DNA of 64,000 nucleotides from the human T2T-CHM13v2.0 reference genome, Homo sapiens. The notes below the pieces were generated by a model. That model was not told where the DNA came from, ran no database searches, and saw only the letters and a program-made list of their open reading frames with translations. Each line of letters starts with the position of its first letter. Position 1 is the first letter of the stretch. The stretch spans positions 26,496,001 through 26,560,000 of the forward strand of contig CP068257.2 of NCBI GenBank assembly GCA_009914755.4. The letters run 5' to 3'. Below are positions 53,276 to 64,000 of the stretch, piece after piece. A program made the position numbers and the translations under genes.

Positions 53276-54954
53276 TAAATTAAATTGAAATATATAAAAT
53301 AAAATAAAATCATAAATTACTACTGGAAGAAAAACAATCAGACATGTATTTGTGTTGTAATCTTCATAAGAATAAACTTCCTGTATTTGTTTTCAGTTGT
53401 TCCTATAACAAATTATCATAAATCTATAGTGAGTTAAAAATACAAAAAAAAAAAAAAAAAAACCCCACATTATTATCTAACAGTTCTGGAGGACACCAAA
53501 AGTACAAACAGTTCTCACAGAGCTAAAATCAAGATGATGGCCTATCTGCATTGTCTCTGAAGACTTTAGAGGACAAGATGTTCCTTGATTTTTACAGCTT
53601 CTAGAGGCTGCCCACATCTTAATTCATGAGCACATTCCTCCAACCTCTGCTTCTATAACCACATACACTTCTTGACTTTGACCTTCCCATCTCCCTCTTA
53701 GGAGGATCCTTGTGACTATAGTGGGGCTACCCAGGTATGCCAGGATAATCTCTTCATCTCAAGATTCTTAACTTAATCACATCTGCAAATTTCCTGTTAT
53801 CATGGTAACATATTCACAGGTTTCTAGGATTAGGATATGGACATCTTTGGCAAGGAGGAGGCATTATTCGGCCTACACATATTTATGTAACCATTAAGAT
53901 TTGGGGTCATATTTACTGTTAAAGCATAGCCTACTCTATTGTGATTAACAAACTAATCAAGTTTTATTCACCAAAATGTCAACATGAAAATCTTTGTAGA
54001 TATGCAATGGCTCAAATATGCTATGATTATTCCCCCTCTTAAAAACATACAATTGAAAACATACCTTTTTATTTGAGAAATAAACAAAAATTTCCAACTC
54101 AATACTGTAGCCATGGTTTAAATGGACTTATCAGGCATGGACCTCAAATTTAAGAACTGGTGTGCAACAGCTCACCCAATTTTTCTTTTACTGCTTTTGT
54201 TTCAGTCCCCACACCAAGAGTATACTTGCTAGAACATATTCCTCTGTTCATAATTTTCCCTGACTTTCTTATTTTGACAAGTATGAAAGAACAAACAGCT
54301 GGTGTGTTCTAGACTCAGAATTGCTAGATCGAATTTGGCCTTTCAAATGGTTGACAGAACATTCTTTTGAAGAATTTCTAAATAAAAATTGTCATTCTTT
54401 TTCCTCTCAGTGTTTTATGAGGCAACATAATGACTATCTACTTTGTTGAAGAACCTAGAGGTAATATTCTGCATGTTCAAATCCTATGGTAAATTTCCTG
54501 CTCACTGAGTTACAGTCATCGTCAAAATACTGAAATCTGTGGCAGCTATCATATGTTCTTTTATTATTATCTTTCCACATATTTGCTTCTGTTACCATAT
54601 TGGTCAGAGCACGTTAACTACTTTAGCAAACAACTCCAAGTCTTATTGGTTTCAGACAATTTAGCTTTACTGCTAGTTCATGTCATGGTCTGAAGCAGAC
54701 TGGCACTATGGGAGTATGTACCAGTGAGCTTAGCCAGCCATAATAAGTACCACAGATGGGGGAGCTTAAACAATAGAACATTATTTTCTTACAGTTCTGG
54801 AGGATTAGAAATTCAAGACAAAGATGCTGGTCAATTTGATTTCTAATGAGGGCTCTCTACTTGGCTTATAGACAGTTGCCTTCTCACTATTTGACGTGTC
54901 CTCAATGGTGGAGAGAAAGACAGAGAGAGAGAGATCTCTTTTTCCCTTTTCTTT

Positions 54955-56834
54955 TGTTATTCTTATTATTAATTTTTGTGGTTATATAGTAGGTGTATAC
55001 ATTTACGTGGTACATGAGATGTTTCAATACAAGCATGGAATGTGAAATAAGCACTTATGAAGAATGGGATATCCATTCCCTCAAGCATTTATCTTTTCAG
55101 TTACAAAAAATCCAACTATACTCTTTATTTGAAAATGTATAATTGTTATTATTGACTATAGTCACCCTATTGTGCTATCAAATAGAGGTCTTATTCATTC
55201 TAATTTTTGTACCCATTAACCATCCCCACCTCCCCCTAAATCCCGCAGTACCCTTCCTAGCATCTGGTAACCATCCTTCCACTCTCTGTGTTCATGAGTT
55301 CAATTGTTTTGATTTGTATATCCCATAAATAAATGAGAACATGTGATGTTTGTCTTTCTGTGCCTGGCTTATTTTACTTAATATTATGATCTTCAGTTCC
55401 ACCCATGTTGTTGCAAATGACAGGTTCTCATTCTTTTTTTAAATGGCTGAATAGTGCTCCCTTGTTTATAAGTACTACATTTTCTTTATCTATTCCTCTG
55501 TTGATGGACACTTAGGTTGCTTCCAAATCTTAACTCCTGTAAACAGTGCTGCAACAAACATAGGAATGCAGATTCTCTTTGATATACTGGCTTCCTTTCT
55601 TTTGGGTATATACTCAGCAGTGGTATTGCTGGATCATATGGTACCTCAATTTTTAGTTTTTTTGAGGAATCTCCAAACAGTGCTCCATGGTGCCTGTACA
55701 AATTTACATGACTACGAACAGTGTACAAGGATTCCTTTTTCTCCACATTCTCACCAGCATTTGTTATTGCCTGTCTTTTGAAGATAGGCCATTTTAACTG
55801 GGGTGAGGTTATATGTAATTTGTAGTTTTGATTTGCATTTCTTTGATGATCAGTGATGTTGAGCACCTTTTCATATCTATGTTTGCCTTTGTATGTCTTC
55901 TTTGAGAAATTCCTATGAAAATATTGTGCCCACTTTTTCATTGAATTACTAGATTTTTTACTACAGAATTCCAGATCTAGAGGATAGGCTTTCAGTTATT
56001 CCCCATTCTTTATGATAACTAGCTGTGAGTCCGTAGAATATGGCTTTAATTATGATGAGGTATGTTTCTCCTATCCCCATTGATAGTGAATGGTCTTTCT
56101 AATGTATGGTTGCATTTGGTTTGCGAGTATTTTGTTGAGTATTTTTGCATCAGTATTCATCAGATGTATTGGTCTGTAGTTTTCTTTTTTTGATGTGTCT
56201 TTGTCTGGATTTCATATCAGGGTAATCTGGGCCTCATGGAATGAGTTTGGAAGCATTTCCTCCTCTATTTCTCAGAATAATTTGTGTAACATTGGTATTA
56301 GTTCTTCCTTAAATGTTTGGTAGAATTCAGCAGTGAAGCCACCAGGTACCGGGCTTTTCTTTACTGGGGGACCTTTTATTAGAGCTTCAATCTCATTACT
56401 TGTTATTGGTCTGTTCAGGTTTTGGATTTCCTTTTGGTTCAATCTTGGTAGGTTGCATGTGTCTAGGAATTTGTTTATTTCTTCTATATTTTTCAATCCA
56501 TTGGTATATATTTGCTCAGAGTAGCCATTAATGATCCATTGAATTCCTGCAGTATGAGTTGTTGTGTCTCCTTTTACATTTCTGATTTCATTTGAAACTT
56601 ATCTTTTTTTCAGTTAATCTGACTAAAGGTTTGTCAATTTTGCTTAGGGTTTCAAGGAAGCAACTTTTTGTTCCATTGATCTTTTTTGTTCTTTTTTTCA
56701 TTTCAATTTTATTTCTTTCTGCTCTGATCTTTATTATTTATTTTCTTCTACTACTTTTGGGTTTGTTTTGCTCTTGATTTTCTAGATCTTTAAGATGCAT
56801 TGTCAGATTGTTTATTTTTCTTCTTTTCTTATAA
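54955..56834 (-). mobile_element. Old L1 (L1PB/L1MA-like), minus orientation: 3'UTR, ORF2 C-terminus, internal deletion near 55945, then ORF2 RT/EN-proximal region
   Basis: The 3'UTR RC reads tacatgagatgtttcaatacaagcatggaatgtgaaataagcac...ttattgactatagtcaccctattgtgctatcaaatagaggtcttattcattc. Minus-strand ORF 55486-55941 reads [37 protein letters not shown]...LKIEVPYDPAIPLLSIYPKE (ORF2 C-terminus). ORF 56272-56496 reads NKFLDTCNLPRLNQKEIQNLNRPITSNEIEALIKGPPVKKSPVPGGFTAEFYQTFKEELIPMLHKLF (ORF2 ~aa 340-410). 55990-56830 is the T-rich RC of ORF2 ~aa 230-560. Confidence 0.8.
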
Positions 56835-57309
56835 GGCCACCAATTCTATCACATTAGGGCCTCACCCTAATCTTAATTACCACCTAAAGACCTATTTCCA
56901 AATACAGTCCCTATGGGGGTTAGGGCTTTAACATATAAATTTGATGGGGGTGGGGGTAAGTGACAACATTTAGTCTATAGTGGAGTGAAAGGGTCTACTC
57001 CATTAGAGTTTAAATTCTGGCTCCTTAATGTTTGTATTATCTACCATTTTCTCAGACATCAGAACTCTTTACTACATCCTCATCATTGTCTGCAGTAAAG
57101 GGATGTGGAGCACCATGGGATGGCCCAGAAGAATTTAGATCCTACCTGAAAGCAGTGTGTGCCACTTTAACCCACTACATAAGTCTGGCTAGAACCCAGA
57201 CTTATGGCCACACAAGAAATTCAGTTGAGAAATTCAGTTTAGACATGGAACCAAGTAGAGAAGAGAAAATAGGCATTGATGTATACCGGCAGTCTCTGCT
57301 TCCATAACT

Positions 57310-58570
57310 CTTCTTTAAAAATATGTATATTTAGGAAGCCACTAAAAAAACTATCAGAACTAAGAAATGAACTCAACAAGCTTGCAGAGTATAAAGCAAT
57401 AAACAAAATAAATTTTATTTCTATTGATGAATAAGTAACAAAATTAAGAAGATAATCCCATTAAGAATAACATAAAAATAATAAAATCTTTAGGAATGAA
57501 TTTCATTAAAAAAATTCAAAATGAATACAGAAAAATCAACTGTATTTCTACACACTAGAAATGGGCAATCTAAAATGAAATGACAAAAATGATTTTATTT
57601 TCCATACCATCAAAAAGAATAAAATACTTAGGAATAAATGTAAAAAAGAAGTGCAAAATAAATATTGTAAAAACTACTGAACACTGTTGATGAAAACTGA
57701 GAAACATCTAATTAGAAACACTCATGTTCATGGATCACAAGACAATATTGTGAAGAATGGCAATACATTTCAAATTGACCTACAGATTCAGCAAAATGTC
57801 GATCAAAGTAACTTATGGCTTTTTTGCAGAAATTGACAGGCTAATCCTAAAATTCACATGAAAATTTAAAGGTAGCCAAAACAATCTTGAAAAAGGAGAA
57901 CAAAGTTAAAGGAGTTTCACTTTTTCATTTCAAGACTTATTTCAAAGCTACAGTCATCAAGACAGTGCTGTAGTGGCATAAGAATAGACAAATACATTAA
58001 TATAATCTAATTAAGAGTCCAGATGTAAACCCTTACAATTTGCAGCCAATTTATTTCAAACAAGGATCCCAACACAATTCAATGGGGAGAATAACAGACA
58101 TTTCAGCAAAAGGTATCTACATGCAAAAGAATGAATTTGGTCAGCTTCCTTATATTTCAAGTGGATGAAATCTAAATATAAAAGCTATAAAATTCTTGAA
58201 AGGAAACATAGGCATACATCATGATTTGAGGTAAAAAAAAGAAAAAATGATAATTTGAACTTTATGAAAATTGAACTTTCGAGTTGCAAAAGAATATCAT
58301 CAAGAAAATGAACAGTGGTCCATTTTTCACTGCTCCATGTGCTCTGTTGCAGGAGATCAAGATAACTCCACCACAGCGTCTGTCACCCTGTGACCAACAG
58401 GTAGCCAAAACAATCTTGAAAAAGGAGAACAAAGTTGGAGGGCTTCTACTTTTTACTTTCAAATCTTACTGCAAATCTACAGTAATCAAGACAATGTGGT
58501 ACTGGAAGCAGGGAAATGATGGCCAACTAGAGACAAAAGATGCAAGCTTCCCTCAGAAAGATCAAAATTA
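57310..58570 (+). mobile_element. Old L1 ORF2 mid-portion fragment (approx. aa 640-1000), plus orientation, with a ~37-bp direct repeat 520 bp apart
   Basis: + frames give ...IPSKRIKYLGINVKKK...KLTYRFSKMSIKVTYGFFAEIDRLILKFT.KFKGSQNNLEKGEQS... and ...KTILKKENKVGGLLLFTFKSYCKSTVIKTMWYWKQ. These parallel L1 ORF2 ...IASKRIKYLGINLTKE...IYRFNAIPIKIP..FF.EIDKLILKFIWK.KGPRIAKTILKKKNKVGGLTLPDFK.YYKATVIKTVWYWHK. ggtagccaaaacaatcttgaaaaaggagaacaaagtt occurs at ~57875 and ~58400. Confidence 0.7.
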
Positions 58571-59187
58571 TAAGTGAATGGTCATTCCAGGAGTGGAAAG
58601 CTGAGGAAAGAGTGCTGAAACCTGTCAGACAACCCATGGGAAGAAGCTGGAGTGCAGAAAGGGAAGGCAGCAAGAATCTGGCAGAGATTGGACTCCAGGG
58701 AACCTGGAGTCCCATGCAAAGGATAGGGGTGGGTATTCTTTTCTCTCCTCTCCCCTGCAACAAACTGCTGACCACTGAATTGTCCAGGAGCCTCTCTGCC
58801 CTCTTGAGCCCAGGACTCAAGGACTACTGTCCTTGACAATTTGCGAGCTTCCTGGGGGCAGAGCACCAGGTGACCAGCTCCTGCAAGTGCACTAGCACTC
58901 CGTCATACCCAAATTGAGGCAGCAGACACTGTACTGGTTGTGCCTCCATCAAGGACAACTACCTGGGGAATCTCAGGGTTGCCTTATCCCCAGATGCCCC
59001 ACAAATGTTCTCCAGAATCTGCTCTGGCTTTGGCAGTCATGGGGGACCAGTGATTCCCTGGAGATCTAGCCCTTAGGATGGACAGCCCCTAGGGGAGGGG
59101 AGCGTGCCTCACCAAATCCCCCTTGGGATAAAGGAATCACAGCATAGTGCAGTTCTCCCAAGAGGGGAAGCATTGTTCTGTCCCAGC

Positions 59188-59546
59188 TGTACTAGTTTGT
59201 TCTCACACTGCTAATAAAGACATGCCTGAGACTGGGTGATTTATGAAGGAAACTGGTTTAATTTGACTCACAGTTCCACATGGCTGGGGATGCTCCACAA
59301 TCATGGCAGAAGGTGAATGAGGAACAAAGTCACGTCTTACATGGAGGTAGGCAGGAGAACATGTGCAGGGGAACTCCCCTTTATAAAACCATCAGATCTC
59401 ATAAGACTTATTCACTATCACAAGAACAGCATGGGAAAAACACACTTCCATGATTCAATTACCTCCAGCCAGGTCCCTCCCACAACACGTGGGGTTATTA
59501 CAATTCAAGGTGATATTTGGGTGGGGACACAGAGGCAAACCATATC
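59188..59546 (-). mobile_element. THE1-type (ERVL-MaLR) solo LTR, minus orientation
   Basis: tgtactagtttgttctcacactgctaataaagacatgcctgagactgggtgatttatgaaggaaactggtttaatttgactcacagttccacatggctgggg...ggtgatatttgggtggggacacagaggcaaaccatatca is a near-complete RC of the THE1 consensus. Confidence 0.85.
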
Positions 59547-60399
59547 ACCAGCAGACAAGCAGCACTAGTGGCTGGGAGCAGACATGGAGAGGGTACCACC
59601 TCTTACTCCCTCACACTGCTGCAGACACAGCTGAGGCCTTTCCTGCTGGGGGCTGGCACAAGTGCGCTTAGAGACAGCCTTTCCAGTGCTATTCATGGCT
59701 GCTGCACCCAGGTTGAAAGTGTGCTTGTGGTCCTGGGTGTCAGGAAGTGTAGGATAATCTCCTGCTCCCTACACCAAGTGGCAGCATTCCTGCCATCGAG
59801 GGCAGCTTCAGAGCTCCTTTTTTTTTGGATTGGGGGGAAGGTGTTCTGCCCTGAGTCCATGTCAGAGGTAGCCACAAGAGGGGCATTTCCCACAGACCTC
59901 AGATGCATTGAGGCCCAGAGAGAAAGGACAGGGTATATCTAAACTGAAGTTCATGAGCCCTATTCACTAACAGGGGCCTGATAGTGAACTAAATCATGTT
60001 TCTTCCTGCTCAGGACAAAGAGCTGAGACAGCCCCTTCTCTCTCACCCCAGACCTCAGTGCCTCCCACCAAGAACTTCCTCTGCTATCCTGTCGGGGTGG
60101 GTGCTTCCACTCATCATCAGTGTTCCCGATGGCAAGCTAACCCTTGCTCTTAAATCACCACCTACTGGACTGGAGACCAAACTGCAATACCAAATAAAAA
60201 CCTTGCTGACAGAAGGCCACAGTACCAGGGTACAAAAGAAGCTTCCTGAGACACCTGCATTCCCAGCCCCACAGAAGATAGTGAGTCAGCTCATCCACCC
60301 AGTACATAGCTACAACAAGTAGAATTTGAGGAAGCCATGAGGCAAAAGCTATCTATAACAAATGAACCCACACAGAGCCTTGGTCCCCTGAAAGCACCC

Positions 60400-61611
60400 A
60401 GAAACAAAGCCAAATGATCACATACAACATACATTACAGTCAGCCCCTCAAGGGAGAAACATTTTTTTTAAAGTCCCAATTAAATGATAGCAATTCCAAA
60501 AATAAGAAGTGACAGCTTCTTCAGATGAGAAGAAATCAGCACAAAAACTCTTGACAATACAAAAAGACAGAGTATTTCAACACCCCCAGGGAACTATGCT
60601 AGCTCTATGGCAATGGATTCTAACCAAAATGAAACTTCTAAAATGGCAGATAAAGAATTCAAAATGTGAATTGTAAGGAAGCTCAGTGAAATCCAAGAGA
60701 AAGTTGAAAACCAACAGAAATAAACCAAAAAGGCAATTTAGGATATGAAAGATGTGATAGATATAGGTTAAAAAAAAGAAAAAAAAAACAGAACCTCTAG
60801 AAATGAAAAATTCAGTGAAGAAATTTCAACTTACAATTGAAAACTTTAACAACAGATTAGAACAAGCAGAAGAAAGAAATGAAGAGCTTAAAGACCAGTC
60901 TTTTGAATTAACCCAGTCAGACAAAAGTAAAGAAAATTGAATTTAATTAAATGAACAAAGACTTTGAGAAATATGGGATTATGTAAAGTGACCAAACCTA
61001 TGATGTGTAGGCATTTCTAGGAGAGAAGGGCATTATATAATAATAAAACATTGAAAACAACAAGCAGATTCAACCATCTTAAATAGATAAGCACCCAACC
61101 CTGGAGCACATGGATTCATAATACAAATACTATTACATCTAAGAAAAGAGATAGATGGCAATACAATAATACTGGAGAATTTCAACATTTCACTGACAGC
61201 ACTAGATAGATCACAGAGACAGTAAATCAACAAAAACAAAAACAACAAAAACCTCTGGACTTACACTGTACTCTAGACCATATGGACCTAATATTCATTT
61301 GCAGAACACTCAACCCAACAAACACAGAATATACATTTTTCCCATCTGTGCATGGAACATTCTACAAAATTCATTGTATGCCTGGCCATAAAGCAAGTCT
61401 CAATAAATTCAAAAAAAATCAAAATCTTATCAAGTATCATCTCAGACCACAGTGCAATTAGAAATCAATACCAATTAGCCAGACGTGGCAGTGCGCACCT
61501 GTAGTCCTAGCTACTTGGGAGGCTGAGGCTTGAACCTGGGAGGCAGAGGCTGCAGTGAGCCAACATCGCACCACTGCACTCCAGCCTAGGCGACAGGGTG
61601 AGACTCTGACT

Positions 61612-61653
<42 letters not shown>

Positions 61654-62605
61654 AGAAAAAGAAATCAATACCAAGAGGAATTCTCAAAACTACACAAATA
61701 CATGAAAACTACAACACTTGCTCCTCATTGGCTTTTGAGTAAATAACTAAATTAAGACAGAAATTTTAAAAAAATTAAATGAAAACAGAGATACAACAGA
61801 CCAAAACCTTTGGGATACAGCCAAAACAGTACTAAGAAGAAAGTTTATAGTGTTAATTGCCTATTTTAAAAAGATAGAAAGATTTCAAATTGACAACATG
61901 ATATTGTACCTCAAGGAAACAGAACAACAAGAACAAACCAAATCCAAAGCTAACACAGAAAAGGAATAACAAAGATCAGAGAAGAAGTAAATAAGATTGA
62001 GACCAGAAAAATGATACAAAGAATCAAGAAAATGAAAACTTGGTTCTTCCATAGAATGAAAAAAATTGATAGACCACAAGCTAGATTAACCAAGATAAAA
62101 AGAAAGAAGATTCAAATAAGCACAATAAGAAATGATAAGGGTAATATTACAACTGATAAACTGATACCACAGAAATACAAAAGCTCATCAGAGACTACAA
62201 TGAACATCTCTCCATCTCTACATACACAAAACCAAAAACCGGGAGTAAATGGATAAATTTCTGGAAATATATCAACCATCAAGAATGAATCAGAAATAAA
62301 TAAATATCCTGAACAAACTAATAATGATTAATTAAATTCCAACAGTTATATAAAATCTCTCAACAGAAAAGCCTAGGACCAGATGGATTCATAGCTGAGT
62401 TTTACCAGATGTCAAAGAGGAGCTGGTACAAATATTTCTGAAAGTATTCCAAAAAATTGAGGAGAAAGGCTCCTCCTTAATGCATTCTATGAAACCAGTA
62501 TCACCAGATAACAAAATCACTCAAAAACACAACAGAAAAGATAACAATAAGCCAATATCCCTGATGAACATACATGCAAATATTCTCAACAAAATTCTAG
62601 CAAAC
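60400..62605 (+). mobile_element. Old L1 (L1PB/L1MA-like), plus orientation: ORF1 and ORF2 N-terminal half, interrupted by an Alu and truncated by a THE1 element. 58600-60400 may be its 5'UTR, which is uncertain.
   Basis: ORF1-like sequence reads ...SDEKKSAQKLLTIQKDRVFQHPQGTMLALWQWILTKMKLLKWQ.... The ORF2 EN domain reads ...HPTLEHMDS.YKYYYI..NTGEFQHFTDSTR.ITETVNQQKQKQQKPLDLHCTLDHMDLIFICRTLNPTNTEYTFFPSVHGTFYKIHCMPGHKASLNKFKKNQNLIKYHLRPQCN. ORF 62011-62256 reads [48 protein letters not shown]. ...[20 protein letters not shown] sits at the 3' break. Confidence 0.8.
61478..61652 (+). mobile_element. Alu right arm with A(40) tail, inserted in the L1, with a ~14-bp TSD
   Basis: gccagacgtggcagtgcgcacctgtagtcctagctacttgggaggctgaggcttgaacctgggaggcagaggctgcagtgagccaacatcgcaccactgcactccagcctaggcgacagggtgagactctgactc followed by poly-A. 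gaaatcaataccaa flanks the insertion on both sides. Confidence 0.85.
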
Positions 62606-64000
62606 TGTATTCGTACATTTTCACGCTGCTGATAAAGACATACCTGAGACTGGGAAGAAAGAGAGGTTTAATTGGGCTTGCAGTTCCACATGGCTGGGGA
62701 TGCCTCAGAATCATGATACAACAGATCATGGTGGGAGGTGAAAGGCACTTCTTACATGGCGATGGTAAGAGAAAATGAGAAACATGGTAAGCAGAAACCC
62801 CTGATAAAACCATCAGATCTCGTGAGACTTATTCACTATCATGAGAACAGTATTGAGGAAACTGCTTCCATGATTCAGATTATCTCCCAAGGGATCCCTC
62901 CCACAACATGTGGGAATTATAGGAGTACAATTCAACATGAGATTTGGGTGGGGACACAAAGCCAAACCATATCGTTTTACCCCGACCCCTCCAAATCTCG
63001 TGTCCTCACATTTCAAAACCAATCCCTGCCTTTCCAACAGTCCCCCAAAGCCTTAACTCATTTCAGCATTAACCCAAAATTTCACAGTCCAATGTCTCAT
63101 CTGAGACAAGGCAAGTCTTTTCAGCCTATGAGCCTGTAAAATCAAAAGCAAGCTAATTACTTTCTAGATACAATGGTGGTACAGGTATTGGGTAAATACA
63201 GCCATTCCAAATGGGAGAAATTGGCCCAAACAAATGGGCTACAGGGCCCATGCCAGTCCAAAATCCAGCGAGGCAGTCAAATTTTAATGCTCCAGAATGA
63301 TCTCCTTTGACTCCAGGTCTCACATCCAGGTAATGCTGATGCAAGAGGTGGGCTCCCATGGTCTTGGGCAGCTCTGCCTCTGTGGCTTTGCAGGGTACAG
63401 CCTCCCTCCCAGCTGTTTTCATGGGCTGGAGTTGAGTGTCTGTGGCTTTTCCAGGTGCACCGTTCAGGTGGATCTATCATTCTGGGGTCTGGAGGCTGGT
63501 GGTCCTCTTTTCACAGTTCCACTAGGTGGTGCCCTAGTAGGAACTCTGTGTGGGGGCTGCAACTCCACATTTCTCTTCTGCACTGCCCTAGCAGAGGTTC
63601 TCTATGAGAGCCCCACTCCTGCAGCAAGCTTCTGCCTGGGCATCCAGGTACTTCCATACATCTTCCAAAATCTAGACAGAGGTTCTCAAACCCCAATTCT
63701 TGACTTCGTTGCACCTGCAGGCTCAACACCATGTGGAAGCTGCCAAGCCTTGGGGCTTCCACCTTCTGAAGCCACAGCCTGAGCTCTACATTGGCCCCTT
63801 TCAGCCATGCCTGGAGCAGCTGGGACACAGGGCACTAAGCCCCTAGAGTGCACACAGCACAGGGACCCTGGGCCCTGCCCACAAAACCATTTTTTCTTCC
63901 TAGACCTCTGGGTCTGTGATGGGAGAGGCTGCAACAAATGTCTCTGACATGCCCTGGAGCTATTTTCTCCATTGTGGCTTGGGGATTAACATCAGGCTCC
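62606..64000 (-). mobile_element. THE1/MST (ERVL-MaLR) element, minus orientation: 3' LTR (62606-62974) and internal region to the window edge (truncated by the window)
   Basis: The LTR RC reads tgtattcgtacattttcacgctgctgataaagacatacctgagactgggaagaaagagaggtttaattgggcttgcagttccacatggctgggg...gatttgggtggggacacaaagccaaaccatatcg. 62975-64000 is the RC of the same internal sequence seen at 48589-50003 (for example ccaaatgggagaaattggcccaaacaaatgggctacagggcccatgccagtc). Confidence 0.8.

Noticed and set aside
55486-56496. 151-aa and 74-aa minus-strand ORFs
   Set aside because: Both are fragments of L1 ORF2 (C-terminus and RT-proximal region) in a rearranged, stop-riddled old L1.
58600-60400. Relatively GC-richer block around the THE1 solo LTR, possibly the long 5'UTR of the downstream L1PB/L1MA-type element
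   Set aside because: I cannot recall older-L1 5'UTR consensus well enough to support it. It is left unannotated and mentioned only inside the L1 feature.

Overview
This window is primate (almost certainly human) nuclear DNA, not a prokaryotic locus. It is AT-rich, has no CpG island, and is dominated by interspersed repeats. I see at least 11 Alu copies or fragments, several L1 fragments of different ages, many ERVL-MaLR LTRs (THE1/MST/MLT1-type), MADE1 and Tigger-like DNA-transposon relics, a MIR fragment, and numerous microsatellites. The largest structured element is a ~5.5 kb HERV-H provirus at 28196-33699 on the + strand. It has two LTR7-type LTRs, a tRNA-His primer-binding site, a polypurine tract and degraded gag-pro-pol, and env is deleted. 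A complete ~2.1 kb THE1/MST element (LTR-internal-LTR) sits nested inside an ancient L1 at 48238-50352. A clean twin-primed (5'-inverted) L1 insertion with its target-site duplication lies at 44210-44622. I could not support any host protein-coding exon, tRNA, rRNA, CRISPR array or operon-like system. Most long ORFs in the supplied track are translations of Alu, L1, HERV or microsatellite sequence. The track also treats TTG/GTG/CTG as start codons, so its leading 'M' residues are unreliable. The findings flag the few things that merit a second look: the HERV-H locus and its LTR subtype, an unclassified element (~530 bp) with inverted repeats at both ends, paired polypurine/polypyrimidine tracts, a 165-codon open frame in non-repeat DNA, and an apparently rearranged L1 cluster. 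The hint of a novel biological system is not borne out. Nothing here resembles a defence island or any novel gene cassette. All family assignments are from memory of consensus sequences and should be confirmed with RepeatMasker/Dfam.
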